The notes beneath the pieces are model-generated. The model searched no databases and had not been told where the DNA came from. It saw nothing but the letters and a program-made list of their open reading frames with translations. A stretch of 64,000 nt of DNA, from IMG/VR virus record IMGVR_UViG_3300028844_006787; one strand, 5' to 3'. Origin of the DNA: a virus (lineage: Duplodnaviria > Caudoviricetes). The number at the start of each line of letters is the position of its first letter. The stretch's first letter is position 1. Made by a program: the position numbers and the translations under genes. Of this stretch, positions 28,430 through 36,947 are shown piece by piece.

Positions 28430-31400
28430 TTATTCAGTAACTACATCAAACTCAGTCCATGTTTGAGTTGCAAAGTTGTAGTACATTTCAGGTGTAACAT
28501 ACAACCAATTATTTTCGTGTGGAAGATACACATAAGGAAAATAAGCACTACTTGTCCAAATCCACCCTAGTGTATCTTGGTACAACCAAAAGGAATCAAA
28601 TGAAGTAGTCCAATCAGCATACATCCATCCTAAATCAACTTGATAAATCCAACTTGAGGAAGTCTCCTTGAAGTAATAACCGAACCACTCTGTGTAGTAC
28701 CAATTGTTTCCTACGGAAGTAGCAGTTTCCCACGCACTCTTAACAACAGGAGGAGCATCAGGAGCAACTGAATAATCATAGGTTACATTCTCTACAATAG
28801 TTTCTTCTTGAGTACCATTTACATCCTCACCATAGAATTCTTCTTGAGTATCTTCTTCATACACGGTGGTGTTAGCATCTTCATAAACCTCTTCGGTAGT
28901 ATCTTCGTAAGTAGAATTATCTTCTTCAAAATAAATCTCTTCGGTGGTAATAACCACAACCGAATCACTTGAATTCATTTCATAGGTATCTTCTTCGTTG
29001 GTGTATAGTGTTACGTTATCATCAACAATAATTACTACATTATCATCGGTAGTGTAAGTAACATTATCTTCATCAAACTCATATACACTTTCTGTATTCT
29101 CAATGATAATAACATTAGTTTCAGTATTAACGATAGTGGTATTATCTTCGGTGATTGCAACATCAACAACGTTATCAATTACTACCACCGAATTTTCAGT
29201 TTCAATTTGAATAGTCTCAGGAATCTCTGAAGTGTAATTAGCAAGATTCAATTCAAAACCACCCACATAATCAATGAACTCGGAAGTTTCATTAGAGTAT
29301 TCCAAGAACTTTCCGTGCAATACTTCAGTTCCAAGCAGATTGTGGTCTGCAAAAATTAAGTCTGTTTTGCCTTCGGAATGACCACCATAAATAAGTTGCT
29401 CACCGGCATTATCAAGTGCAAGATAATAAGTAGAAGTATCAGAAGTATTCCATGAGATTTCAATTCCACCTTCAATCGTATTAAAGTAAACTCCGAAAAG
29501 TGGTTGTTCTTCAGTTTCTTCAATTACTTCATTGTTTACATCTTCATAAACATATTCTTCTTCAGTTGTTTCAAAACTTGCGTTATCGTCTTCGTAAACA
29601 TACTCGGTTGCAGAACCATTGTCATCGGTAGCAACAGGATCAACACCAATTCCAATCGTACCAACTCCAACAAATGCTTCTACTTCACCTTGAGTTTCGT
29701 ATAAATCCTCAATTCCGTTGAAGTTTTTGTCTATAATAAGAAACGATTGATGACGAACTCCATCGTTGGTTCCTGCGTTTAATGCAGTTCTAACATAATT
29801 GTGAGTAGTTTCTCCGTTGGTAACCGAAACAACAAACATTCCTTCAAAGTTTGATGGAAAATGATTTAGTTCAAACACCGCACAATTGTTTTGAGCAGTT
29901 GCCATGTGCATTTCATTGTTGATTACCAAAGTAACATCAGTTTGATATGGAGTATCAATTCCAACAAAGATAGAATAATCATCAGCAGACTGATAATGAT
30001 TCTTGTAACCAAAGAAATAATAATCTTCGGTATAACGACTTGTGTGTTGCTTGTATTGTGGGAATTGCAAAGTTTGCTTGTATAATCCAATATCAAACCT
30101 TGAGGAACTTAAATCATTTGAAGTACCCAACGCAATATTGCTTGGACTTCCATCACCATAGGATCCTGCTTCAAGAGTACCACTAATAGTTTTAACGTGT
30201 TCTCCTGTAACCTTGCTTACAATAACATCATAGTTAACTCCACGATTGTCGGTATAATAATAACCATCACTTCCAAGATGCTTACCAAACCAAGATGGAA
30301 TTCCAAAACTATCTACACTATGCTTACGAATAGGACTTGACCACCAAAACTCTCCTTTGTTGTTGTCAGCAAAAGCACAAAACACCTTGCTAGTTCCACG
30401 AAACCTTGAGTCGTTTACAAGAACTGCATAAAACTCGTTTGCAAGTTGCTCACCATTCATAAACGGAAGAGCATCTATATAACTACGAGTAGGAATTCCG
30501 TTTACCTCAGGAACAACTGAAGCATATAAATCAATTAGATTATCACGACTAGGACGAAACTCAGAATCTGCTTCGATTTTATCATAGTAACTTGCAAGCA
30601 CCTTCTTGATAAAGTTTTCATCGTGCTTTTGTAAGATTTGTTGTAATACCGCAGAAGCATTGTATCTATCATAGGTAGTAATATTATCAACCCAAAAACT
30701 ACCACCACCAAGAAACCTTTGGTGCTTTGATAAATCAAAAGTAGAAGTCTTAGAAGACCAATTAACCCAAGAACCACCCTCTACAATATCTTCGGATAAT
30801 TCATCACTTGGATATGCTTCTACATAGTCGTGTAGAATTTCATAAGCAAGACCTTCAGCACCTTCTTCAAATCCATAAAGTTCTTCTGAGAATCTCCAAT
30901 AATAATCGTTACTTGCGAAGTCGTATTTACCCTTCCACACATGAACAAGTTCGTGAACAAGCAATCGTGGATTCCATGAATTATCACATAGCATTCTGCG
31001 ACCTTGTTCAGTACACATCCAAGAACCATAGTTACCACCACGATTATAGAATTCACATACAAATGTTTCCGCAGGATTTCCAAGAGTATTCCGAATAATA
31101 GGAATAATCTTTTTTAGAAACTCACTTGTTCTATAAATCTCGTAACTAGTAAAATTAGTAAACTTAAAATAAACAACATCGTTATCAGAACCGATTTCAG
31201 CATCGTCTTCAATCAACATACTTGAAGAAACAACATACGTTTCTGTTGGAAGACTATTAGAATCGTTGGGATCAAATCCGTAACGAAGTTCTGCAACATC
31301 AGTCATTCCATCGTTATCACTATCAGTAAAGTCACCGATATAATTCTGAAGATAACTTAGATTTGTAGTAGAATTTGCAAACGCATTAAACGCAAACAAA

Positions 31401-31441
31401 ATTCCAATTAGGGTGTAGTTTATTATTTTCATATCTCTCAT
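28430..31441 (-). CDS. Large secreted HExxH metalloprotease-like surface protein (start corrected to 31441 or 31432)
   Basis: Signal peptide, DSDNDG Ca-binding repeat, LVHELVH..E, acidic Thr/Glu stalk, Trp/Tyr-rich C-terminal domain. Confidence 0.75.
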   Translation of the reverse strand: MRDMKIINYTLIGILFAFNAFANSTTNLSYLQNYIGDFTDSDNDGMTDVAELRYGFDPNDSNSLPTETYVVSSSMLIEDDAEIGSDNDVVYFKFTNFTSYEIYRTSEFLKKIIPIIRNTLGNPAETFVCEFYNRGGNYGSWMCTEQGRRMLCDNSWNPRLLVHELVHVWKGKYDFASNDYYWRFSEELYGFEEGAEGLAYEILHDYVEAYPSDELSEDIVEGGSWVNWSSKTSTFDLSKHQRFLGGGSFWVDNITTYDRYNASAVLQQILQKHDENFIKKVLASYYDKIEADSEFRPSRDNLIDLYASVVPEVNGIPTRSYIDALPFMNGEQLANEFYAVLVNDSRFRGTSKVFCAFADNNKGEFWWSSPIRKHSVDSFGIPSWFGKHLGSDGYYYTDNRGVNYDVIVSKVTGEHVKTISGTLEAGSYGDGSPSNIALGTSNDLSSSRFDIGLYKQTLQFPQYKQHTSRYTEDYYFFGYKNHYQSADDYSIFVGIDTPYQTDVTLVINNEMHMATAQNNCAVFELNHFPSNFEGMFVVSVTNGETTHNYVRTALNAGTNDGVRHQSFLIIDKNFNGIEDLYETQGEVEAFVGVGTIGIGVDPVATDDNGSATEYVYEDDNASFETTEEEYVYEDVNNEVIEETEEQPLFGVYFNTIEGGIEISWNTSDTSTYYLALDNAGEQLIYGGHSEGKTDLIFADHNLLGTEVLHGKFLEYSNETSEFIDYVGGFELNLANYTSEIPETIQIETENSVVVIDNVVDVAITEDNTTIVNTETNVIIIENTESVYEFDEDNVTYTTDDNVVIIVDDNVTLYTNEEDTYEMNSSDSVVVITTEEIYFEEDNSTYEDTTEEVYEDANTTVYEEDTQEEFYGEDVNGTQEETIVENVTYDYSVAPDAPPVVKSAWETATSVGNNWYYTEWFGYYFKETSSSWIYQVDLGWMYADWTTSFDSFWLYQDTLGWIWTSSAYFPYVYLPHENNWLYVTPEMYYNFATQTWTEFDVVTE

Positions 31442-31475
31442 TTTTAATTCTCTAATAATCATTCTCAATACAAGT

Positions 31476-31504
31476 ACTGTACCAAAAATATTATAAAAAG
31501 TCAA
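31476..31504 (-). promoter_or_regulatory. Conserved-spacer promoter copy 9 (TTGACT-17-TACAGT)
   Basis: Member of 16-copy repeat. Confidence 0.85.
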
Positions 31505-31512
31505 GCATTATT

Positions 31513-31824
31513 TTAACTCTCAATAATTTCTTCAATAGCATAATATGCCATTTTAGATTTTGCTCCAACATTCCAATTTAGAATCTCTACAGGATTTTTA
31601 CCCTTGTTTCCAAGATAAGCATTTCCGTTTTTCCAATTGTAGATTGTAGCAACTTTTCCATCGGATAATTCAATGTGCCATTCACAATCTACTTTTTTAT
31701 CAGGTGAAGCACCAAGTGGTGTTCCGAATGTTTTTAATAAATGTTCAAATGTAACAGATAACTCACCTTGAAGTGAAGTTCCGTTTACATTAATTTTTTT
31801 GTCGTTGTGTGTAAAAAAATTCAT
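31513..31824 (-). CDS. Conserved phage hypothetical protein (GTSLQG...ATIYNWK)
   Basis: Motif resembles widespread small phage family. Confidence 0.75.
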   Translation of the reverse strand: MNFFTHNDKKINVNGTSLQGELSVTFEHLLKTFGTPLGASPDKKVDCEWHIELSDGKVATIYNWKNGNAYLGNKGKNPVEILNWNVGAKSKMAYYAIEEIIES

Positions 31825-32102
31825 TATGAATTTGCTACAAGTTCATCAAAGTGCTTATCATAATCAATCCAATATGCAGTAAATTCTTCCGCAAGAAATT
31901 CTCTTGCCCAACTTGGACTTTGATTATCAAAAGTAGGAAACCATCCTGCATCGTTTTTTACTTGATTATTGATCATCCACAATTTAACGGTTGTTGGAAC
32001 ATTTGCACTCATTAAACGATAACCACGACTTAAAGCAAATGCTTTTCCTGTGTCGTTGTGTTGAATAAGCACATAAGGAATATCTTTTGGATTCTTTGTC
32101 AT
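31824..32102 (-). CDS. Hypothetical protein
   Basis: TAATG-coupled. Confidence 0.65.
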   Translation of the reverse strand: MTKNPKDIPYVLIQHNDTGKAFALSRGYRLMSANVPTTVKLWMINNQVKNDAGWFPTFDNQSPSWAREFLAEEFTAYWIDYDKHFDELVANS

Positions 32103-32107
32103 TTTAA

Positions 32108-32725
32108 TTAGTTGTATGCTGAATACGAATAAGTTTTTGCTTTTAAGTTAGCACGTTTTTTCAGTTCAGATTGTTCAGTTAAATAAGTTTCAAAGTTAAT
32201 AACATCGCAATTATAGTCGTAAGCAAAAACAATGTTCTTGAACTTTCCGGTGTCGTCACGTTCATCGTTCAACTTGATACCGATGGTGTGATATTCTTTT
32301 GAATGATAAGAAAACTTTTCAGGACGACCCACCCAAAATACTTCTCCGATAGTTCCACGATTTTTGCGACCACGAGTTACTTCAACTCGTTTTCCGATTT
32401 TAATAGACTTAGCATTTTCTATATCACTTTCAATCGCAAACTTTAAAAAGTATTTTTCTTTTTCTGCTTTTGCTTTTTCAATAATCTCAGGAGTCGCATC
32501 AACTTTTGCTCCGTAACCTTCTGAGTAAAAACGAGTTGTTGCATATTGTTTGTGAATCAAACAATTTTGTTCGTCATCCCAAACAACTGCATAAAAATCA
32601 GAATCGTTGTATCCGTTGTCTTCGTAAACTTCAAGAACACGTTCGGTATAAGTTTCTTTGGTTTCAATGATCTCAGCAAGACCACCATCACGTTTGTCGG
32701 AATAAATCGGTGTGTATATTGGCAT
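32108..32725 (-). CDS. Conserved phage hypothetical protein with KOW-like C-terminus
   Basis: NGYNDSDFYAVVWD; GKRVEVTRGRK..GTIGEVFW. Confidence 0.75.
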   Translation of the reverse strand: MPIYTPIYSDKRDGGLAEIIETKETYTERVLEVYEDNGYNDSDFYAVVWDDEQNCLIHKQYATTRFYSEGYGAKVDATPEIIEKAKAEKEKYFLKFAIESDIENAKSIKIGKRVEVTRGRKNRGTIGEVFWVGRPEKFSYHSKEYHTIGIKLNDERDDTGKFKNIVFAYDYNCDVINFETYLTEQSELKKRANLKAKTYSYSAYN

Positions 32726-32775
32726 TGTTTTTCTCTCGTTATTTAAGTTTCTCTTTTCTCACTCTCAATATAAAT

Positions 32776-32804
32776 ACATTACCAAAATTATTATAAAAAG
32801 TCAA
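32776..32804 (-). promoter_or_regulatory. Conserved-spacer promoter copy 10 (TTGACT-17-TAATGT)
   Basis: Member of 16-copy repeat. Confidence 0.85.
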
Positions 32805-32818
32805 CACCTAAATGCAAA

Positions 32819-33481
32819 TTAAGCAAAAATAAATTCAGTATTTTCAATTTTATTGTGCAAAATAGTTTGCTTTTGATCATTACGTTCATTGTGACCTTTG
32901 ATTTTAAAAGTTCCTTTGATTTTCGTTCCTTTGGGCATAGGAGCATTTTCATCGTTGTTCCAAAATTCTCTCCAAATAACGAATACATTGTCGTCTGAAT
33001 CTTTGAGTGTAGTTAAATGTCCTGTTCCCCAATTTGTGGAAAAACTATTTTGAAACATAATGCTAAGTTCTTTTTCTATAGATTGATTTATTTCACCAAT
33101 AAATTGACTTTTTGCTTTCCACTTTTTAATGTTGTTTGCTTTGCGTTCATCTGCTTCAGCAACAAGTCTTTCGTTGTTTTTAAAGAAATTGATTTTGTTT
33201 TGACGTTCTTTTTCAGTAACTTCTTTATCAATAAAGTACCAACGACCTGTGAACTTGCCTGTTTTAAATAATCCACTTGGTTCAATCTCAGCAGGATGAT
33301 TAGTGCATTTAGAAGATGGATGAAATGCTTTAACACGACCATGTTCCTTAACCACAAAAAATTCATCACAATCAGAATCAGGAACATGAATGTAATATCC
33401 ATCATCCGTCATACCAACGGGATTAAACATTGTTTCTTTGTATCCTTTTAGAAACTTACCGTTTTTAAATATTCTTGCCAT
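32819..33481 (-). CDS. Hypothetical protein with C-terminal OB-fold-like domain (start corrected to MARIF)
   Basis: SQFIGE...WG..L.D.D.N.FV.W...KGT.K.H...KQT pattern. Confidence 0.7.
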   Translation of the reverse strand: MARIFKNGKFLKGYKETMFNPVGMTDDGYYIHVPDSDCDEFFVVKEHGRVKAFHPSSKCTNHPAEIEPSGLFKTGKFTGRWYFIDKEVTEKERQNKINFFKNNERLVAEADERKANNIKKWKAKSQFIGEINQSIEKELSIMFQNSFSTNWGTGHLTTLKDSDDNVFVIWREFWNNDENAPMPKGTKIKGTFKIKGHNERNDQKQTILHNKIENTEFIFA

Positions 33482-33503
33482 AATCTCTCTTAACTCTATA
33501 ATA

Positions 33504-33532
33504 ACCTTACCAAAGTTATTATAAAAAGTCAA
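33504..33532 (-). promoter_or_regulatory. Conserved-spacer promoter copy 11 (TTGACT-17-TAAGGT)
   Basis: Member of 16-copy repeat. Confidence 0.85.
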
Positions 33533-33541
33533 CAAAAAAGA

Positions 33542-34183
33542 TCATGTCCACAAATATTCTCTGATTTCTATAATTTGAATTAGTTTTTGTTGAATCTCTG
33601 TATCAAGTTCAGTTTCTAAATTTTTTAATCTATCAAACGAATCTTTGTCGTAATCAGGATCACCAAGAAGTTGCTCAAACGATTTTTCTGCATATAATGC
33701 ACTTCTCAATTTTTCTATTCTTGCTTCTTTGTATGGAAGTAATTGTTTCACGAACTTGTAAATTTCATCTATCTTGTTTTTAACTTCCAACATAGTTTCG
33801 TTTGCTTCCCAATCTGTTAAATGTATATCTTCGTTTTCCACGAAATCTACAATACTAGCAAACAAAAACTCCTTGATAAGTTCTGTTTTATCGCAGTATG
33901 TATGAGGAATTGTTTTTCTTGCCCATGAATTTCTTGGAACTAATTTTCTCCAAGTGTTATCAATTATTTTATCTTTAATTACCTCAACAGAAATTAAAAT
34001 ATTTTCAATGGTATTTCTAATAAAAAATTGAAAAGGATATTTGCGTTTCCAATATTCCTCAAATGTTTCATCTTGATTTATTTCATAATACATCGGAAGA
34101 CGATACCAAAATCCAAGAAAGTGTCTTTCTGAAAAAGAAAGTTTTTCATATTCTTTGACATTGCTAACATTTATGTATTTCAT
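33542..34183 (-). CDS. Conserved phage hypothetical protein (ends IREYLWT)
   Basis: TAATG-coupled start at 34183. Confidence 0.7.
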   Translation of the reverse strand: MKYINVSNVKEYEKLSFSERHFLGFWYRLPMYYEINQDETFEEYWKRKYPFQFFIRNTIENILISVEVIKDKIIDNTWRKLVPRNSWARKTIPHTYCDKTELIKEFLFASIVDFVENEDIHLTDWEANETMLEVKNKIDEIYKFVKQLLPYKEARIEKLRSALYAEKSFEQLLGDPDYDKDSFDRLKNLETELDTEIQQKLIQIIEIREYLWT

Positions 34184-34737
34184 TACCACGGAAGTATTTT
34201 TTGCTCGTACCGAAACCAATTAGAAATTAGTGTTTGTAACGACTTATAAATATATCTTGAAGTTTTCTGAATCGGAGTTTTGTATAAACTTTTGTAAATG
34301 GGAAACCACCAAGATTTTGTTAATTGATTGTATCGTTCTCGTTCTGCATCGTATTCTGCTTGATAACGTTTACGTTCATTGTTTGAATGCTTTTCAAATT
34401 CTTTTAATTTAATGTCATCTAAGTTTCCACCTGAAAATTTAGCAAGAAACGAAACCGTATAATCGTATTTATCTCGCAGTTCGTATGTATAAAATTCAAG
34501 TTCTCCGTGATAATTAGATTCTACTTCTTCAAGTATTTGTGTATGATCATCAAAAAAATCTGTTCTTCCTGCACGAACCATCAACTTACCTTGTTTGCTG
34601 ATTCGATAATCATCCATTAGACAATTCATAGTTTTGCTTTGAAACGCAAGTTTATTCCATTCCAAGTTTTCTAACTCTTTACAATTTTTCGGAAGTGGTA
34701 AATCATATTCACACACTACATAATCAAACATTCCCAT
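34183..34737 (-). CDS. Conserved phage hypothetical protein (MGMFD family)
   Basis: MGMFDY..C, FQSKT..C.M..Y.I motifs. Confidence 0.75.
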   Translation of the reverse strand: MGMFDYVVCEYDLPLPKNCKELENLEWNKLAFQSKTMNCLMDDYRISKQGKLMVRAGRTDFFDDHTQILEEVESNYHGELEFYTYELRDKYDYTVSFLAKFSGGNLDDIKLKEFEKHSNNERKRYQAEYDAERERYNQLTKSWWFPIYKSLYKTPIQKTSRYIYKSLQTLISNWFRYEQKILPW

Positions 34738-34979
34738 TATCTTAATCTTTCTGCAATATCAATTATTAAATCATCTTCTGTGACACTTGTATTTAATTCT
34801 TGTGATAATAAAACATATTCTTCGGTAGTTAAATTATAATCTGCAAATGCACTTAAATCAGTAACAATAGATTGATCCCATCCTTGTTCAATTTTTTCAA
34901 GTGCAGATAATATTCTTTGCACTTCATCACGATATTCAAATACTTTTTCTCGTGATGCAACTTCAATATTATCAATCAT
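34737..34979 (-). CDS. Hypothetical protein
   Basis: Coupled ORF. Confidence 0.6.
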   Translation of the reverse strand: MIDNIEVASREKVFEYRDEVQRILSALEKIEQGWDQSIVTDLSAFADYNLTTEEYVLLSQELNTSVTEDDLIIDIAERLR

Positions 34980-35278
34980 ATTAAATCTTTCTTTGTTACA
35001 CTTTTGGCAGACGAGTCAACCGAAAAAATATCATCGTCAATGTCATCATAATCGTCAACTGATTCTGTATACTCAAATTCATCTTCATCATCTTGTTCAT
35101 TTTTTATTATATACGGTTCAATAGCATCACTATCAAAAATTCTATCTATATTTTCTGGATGATATCCAGAAGCAACTAAAAGTCCTCTGATTTTATCAAC
35201 GACCGTGTAAATATCATAATCATGGGATTCAGATTCCCATGTAAATTTTTCTCCATATAATTCTATTTCTATTTTCAT
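34976..35278 (-). CDS. Acidic hypothetical protein
   Basis: Coupled ORF. Confidence 0.65.
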   Translation of the reverse strand: MKIEIELYGEKFTWESESHDYDIYTVVDKIRGLLVASGYHPENIDRIFDSDAIEPYIIKNEQDDEDEFEYTESVDDYDDIDDDIFSVDSSAKSVTKKDLI

Positions 35279-35316
35279 GGTTATATTTTAATTCATACCA
35301 CAAAATAAATCAAGCC

Positions 35317-35355
35317 AAAAAAAAGGTGGGACTCCCGAGAGAAAGGAGTCCCACC
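35317..35355 (-). terminator. Intrinsic terminator after AAA+ gene
   Basis: 11 bp stem GGTGGGACTCC/GGAGTCCCACC followed by T8 on minus strand. Confidence 0.9.
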
Positions 35356-35378
35356 GAGTGAGAGAACCGACTACTTAA

Positions 35379-36575
35379 TCAGTATGGAACTGATTCATTT
35401 TCATCGGGATTGAGAGAAAATAATTCCTCGGGAGTATCTTCACTCTGAACATACTTTTGCACGAATTGCTTCATGTATGTTCTTTCGGAATCTGCTCCAC
35501 CATCTTCAGAGAAGTGAGGATAAATTGCGGCCTCGGCAATTTCAAGAAGAGTAAATCCGTCATAAGCAAGACCTGCCATTTCTACTGCACTACGAGTAGA
35601 AAGTGAATCGGTAATTTTTGCCTCTGCACTACGAACAACCTTACGAGTATGAGTAGTAATTTCGGAAATTGTTCCGATCATATTAATGTCGGCATCAGGA
35701 TAAAGCAACTTCAACAAAGAAACTTCTTCTTCGTAATCAAGTTCATCCATTTCTACGGTTACAAAACGATCAAGCAATGCTCTGTCCATTACTCGTGTAG
35801 AAGTATATTCGTTACCTACATTTGCAGTTGCTACGAATGTAACTCCATCTGCGACAGGTACAACTTCTGAATCTTCTGATTCATCTAAACGAACATAACG
35901 TTGAAGTGGATCAAGTGGAGTCATCAAAATGTTCCACGCATCAGGATGTGCTCTTGATAATTCATCAAGAAGAATAATAGAATTAGGAGTACGAATTGCT
36001 TTAATAAAAGAACTTTCAGCAAATACGGTTCCGGTTTCCTTCTTGAAATGAGTATTACCAATCAAAGAACTACGAGGATCTTGAGTTGCTCCAAGATTGA
36101 AATAATAAAAAGGACGATCAAGAACTTCTGCAAGAGTCTTACTTGCAAGAGTTTTACCGCAACCGGAATTACCGGTCATAATAACATTCTTACCACGAAC
36201 TGCTGAACGAACCAAATACTTCCACTTGGTTTCATTCATAAACAATTTTTGTGGTTTAAGATTAAAGCACTTGCCAAGAAAATCTACAATCTCTGTGTGC
36301 TTTTCAGGAACCTCAACGATTTCCATGTTTGCTTCGTCACGTGAAGTAGTAGGAGAAGACTTGGTATCAACTGATACAAACTCTTCAATGTTTACCAATC
36401 TCCAAAACGGACGACCTGTTTTTCCAATAGCACGTTGAAGTGCTTGGTTGTTGTTAAATGCTTTTTTACGCATCGTGGAAGAAATTCCTTTTATCACATT
36501 TCCATCTGCATCTACTGCATTGAAACGAGTTTTATTTTTCTGCACTCTTACTACAATCTCACTAATATTTTCCAT
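35379..36575 (-). CDS. MoxR/CbbQ/CobS-like AAA+ ATPase
   Basis: Walker A GNSGCGKT, Walker B ILLDE, ATAN, DRALLDRF, STR. Confidence 0.9.
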   Translation of the reverse strand: MENISEIVVRVQKNKTRFNAVDADGNVIKGISSTMRKKAFNNNQALQRAIGKTGRPFWRLVNIEEFVSVDTKSSPTTSRDEANMEIVEVPEKHTEIVDFLGKCFNLKPQKLFMNETKWKYLVRSAVRGKNVIMTGNSGCGKTLASKTLAEVLDRPFYYFNLGATQDPRSSLIGNTHFKKETGTVFAESSFIKAIRTPNSIILLDELSRAHPDAWNILMTPLDPLQRYVRLDESEDSEVVPVADGVTFVATANVGNEYTSTRVMDRALLDRFVTVEMDELDYEEEVSLLKLLYPDADINMIGTISEITTHTRKVVRSAEAKITDSLSTRSAVEMAGLAYDGFTLLEIAEAAIYPHFSEDGGADSERTYMKQFVQKYVQSEDTPEELFSLNPDENESVPY

Positions 36576-36613
36576 AATTTTTTTTGTTTAATGTTCTCTC
36601 AGTTTGTTTATAT

Positions 36614-36642
36614 AGATTACTAAATTTATTATAAAAAGTCAA
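36614..36642 (-). promoter_or_regulatory. Conserved-spacer promoter copy 12 (TTGACT-17-TAATCT)
   Basis: Member of 16-copy repeat. Confidence 0.85.
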
Positions 36643-36646
36643 GCCC

Positions 36647-36901
36647 TTATTTTTCCATTAACTCTTCAATTCCGAAAATTTTATCTTGGCAAGTTTGGCA
36701 CAAACCAGAGATATGAAATTCACGTAATGCTATATCATCACGAAATGAATTTTCTGTGAGTTCTTCTACTCCACAAGAAACGCAAGTTCTATTGGTAATT
36801 GCAGTTTTGCGATCAACTCCATATAAACTTTTAAAGAGGTCATTTACTTTCTCACTTTTAAGTGATGGAACTGGTTGCCACTTTAATTCATCGTCTCTCA
36901 T
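36647..36901 (-). CDS. Small CxxC...CxxC zinc-binding phage protein
   Basis: CVSC and SGLCQTCQD. Confidence 0.75.
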   Translation of the reverse strand: MRDDELKWQPVPSLKSEKVNDLFKSLYGVDRKTAITNRTCVSCGVEELTENSFRDDIALREFHISGLCQTCQDKIFGIEELMEK

Positions 36902-36910
36902 TATTCTTAA

Positions 36911-36939
36911 ATCCTACAAAATTTATTATAAAAAGTCAA
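36911..36939 (-). promoter_or_regulatory. Conserved-spacer promoter copy 13 (TTGACT-17-TAGGAT)
   Basis: Member of 16-copy repeat. Confidence 0.85.
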
Positions 36940-36947
36940 CACCTAAA

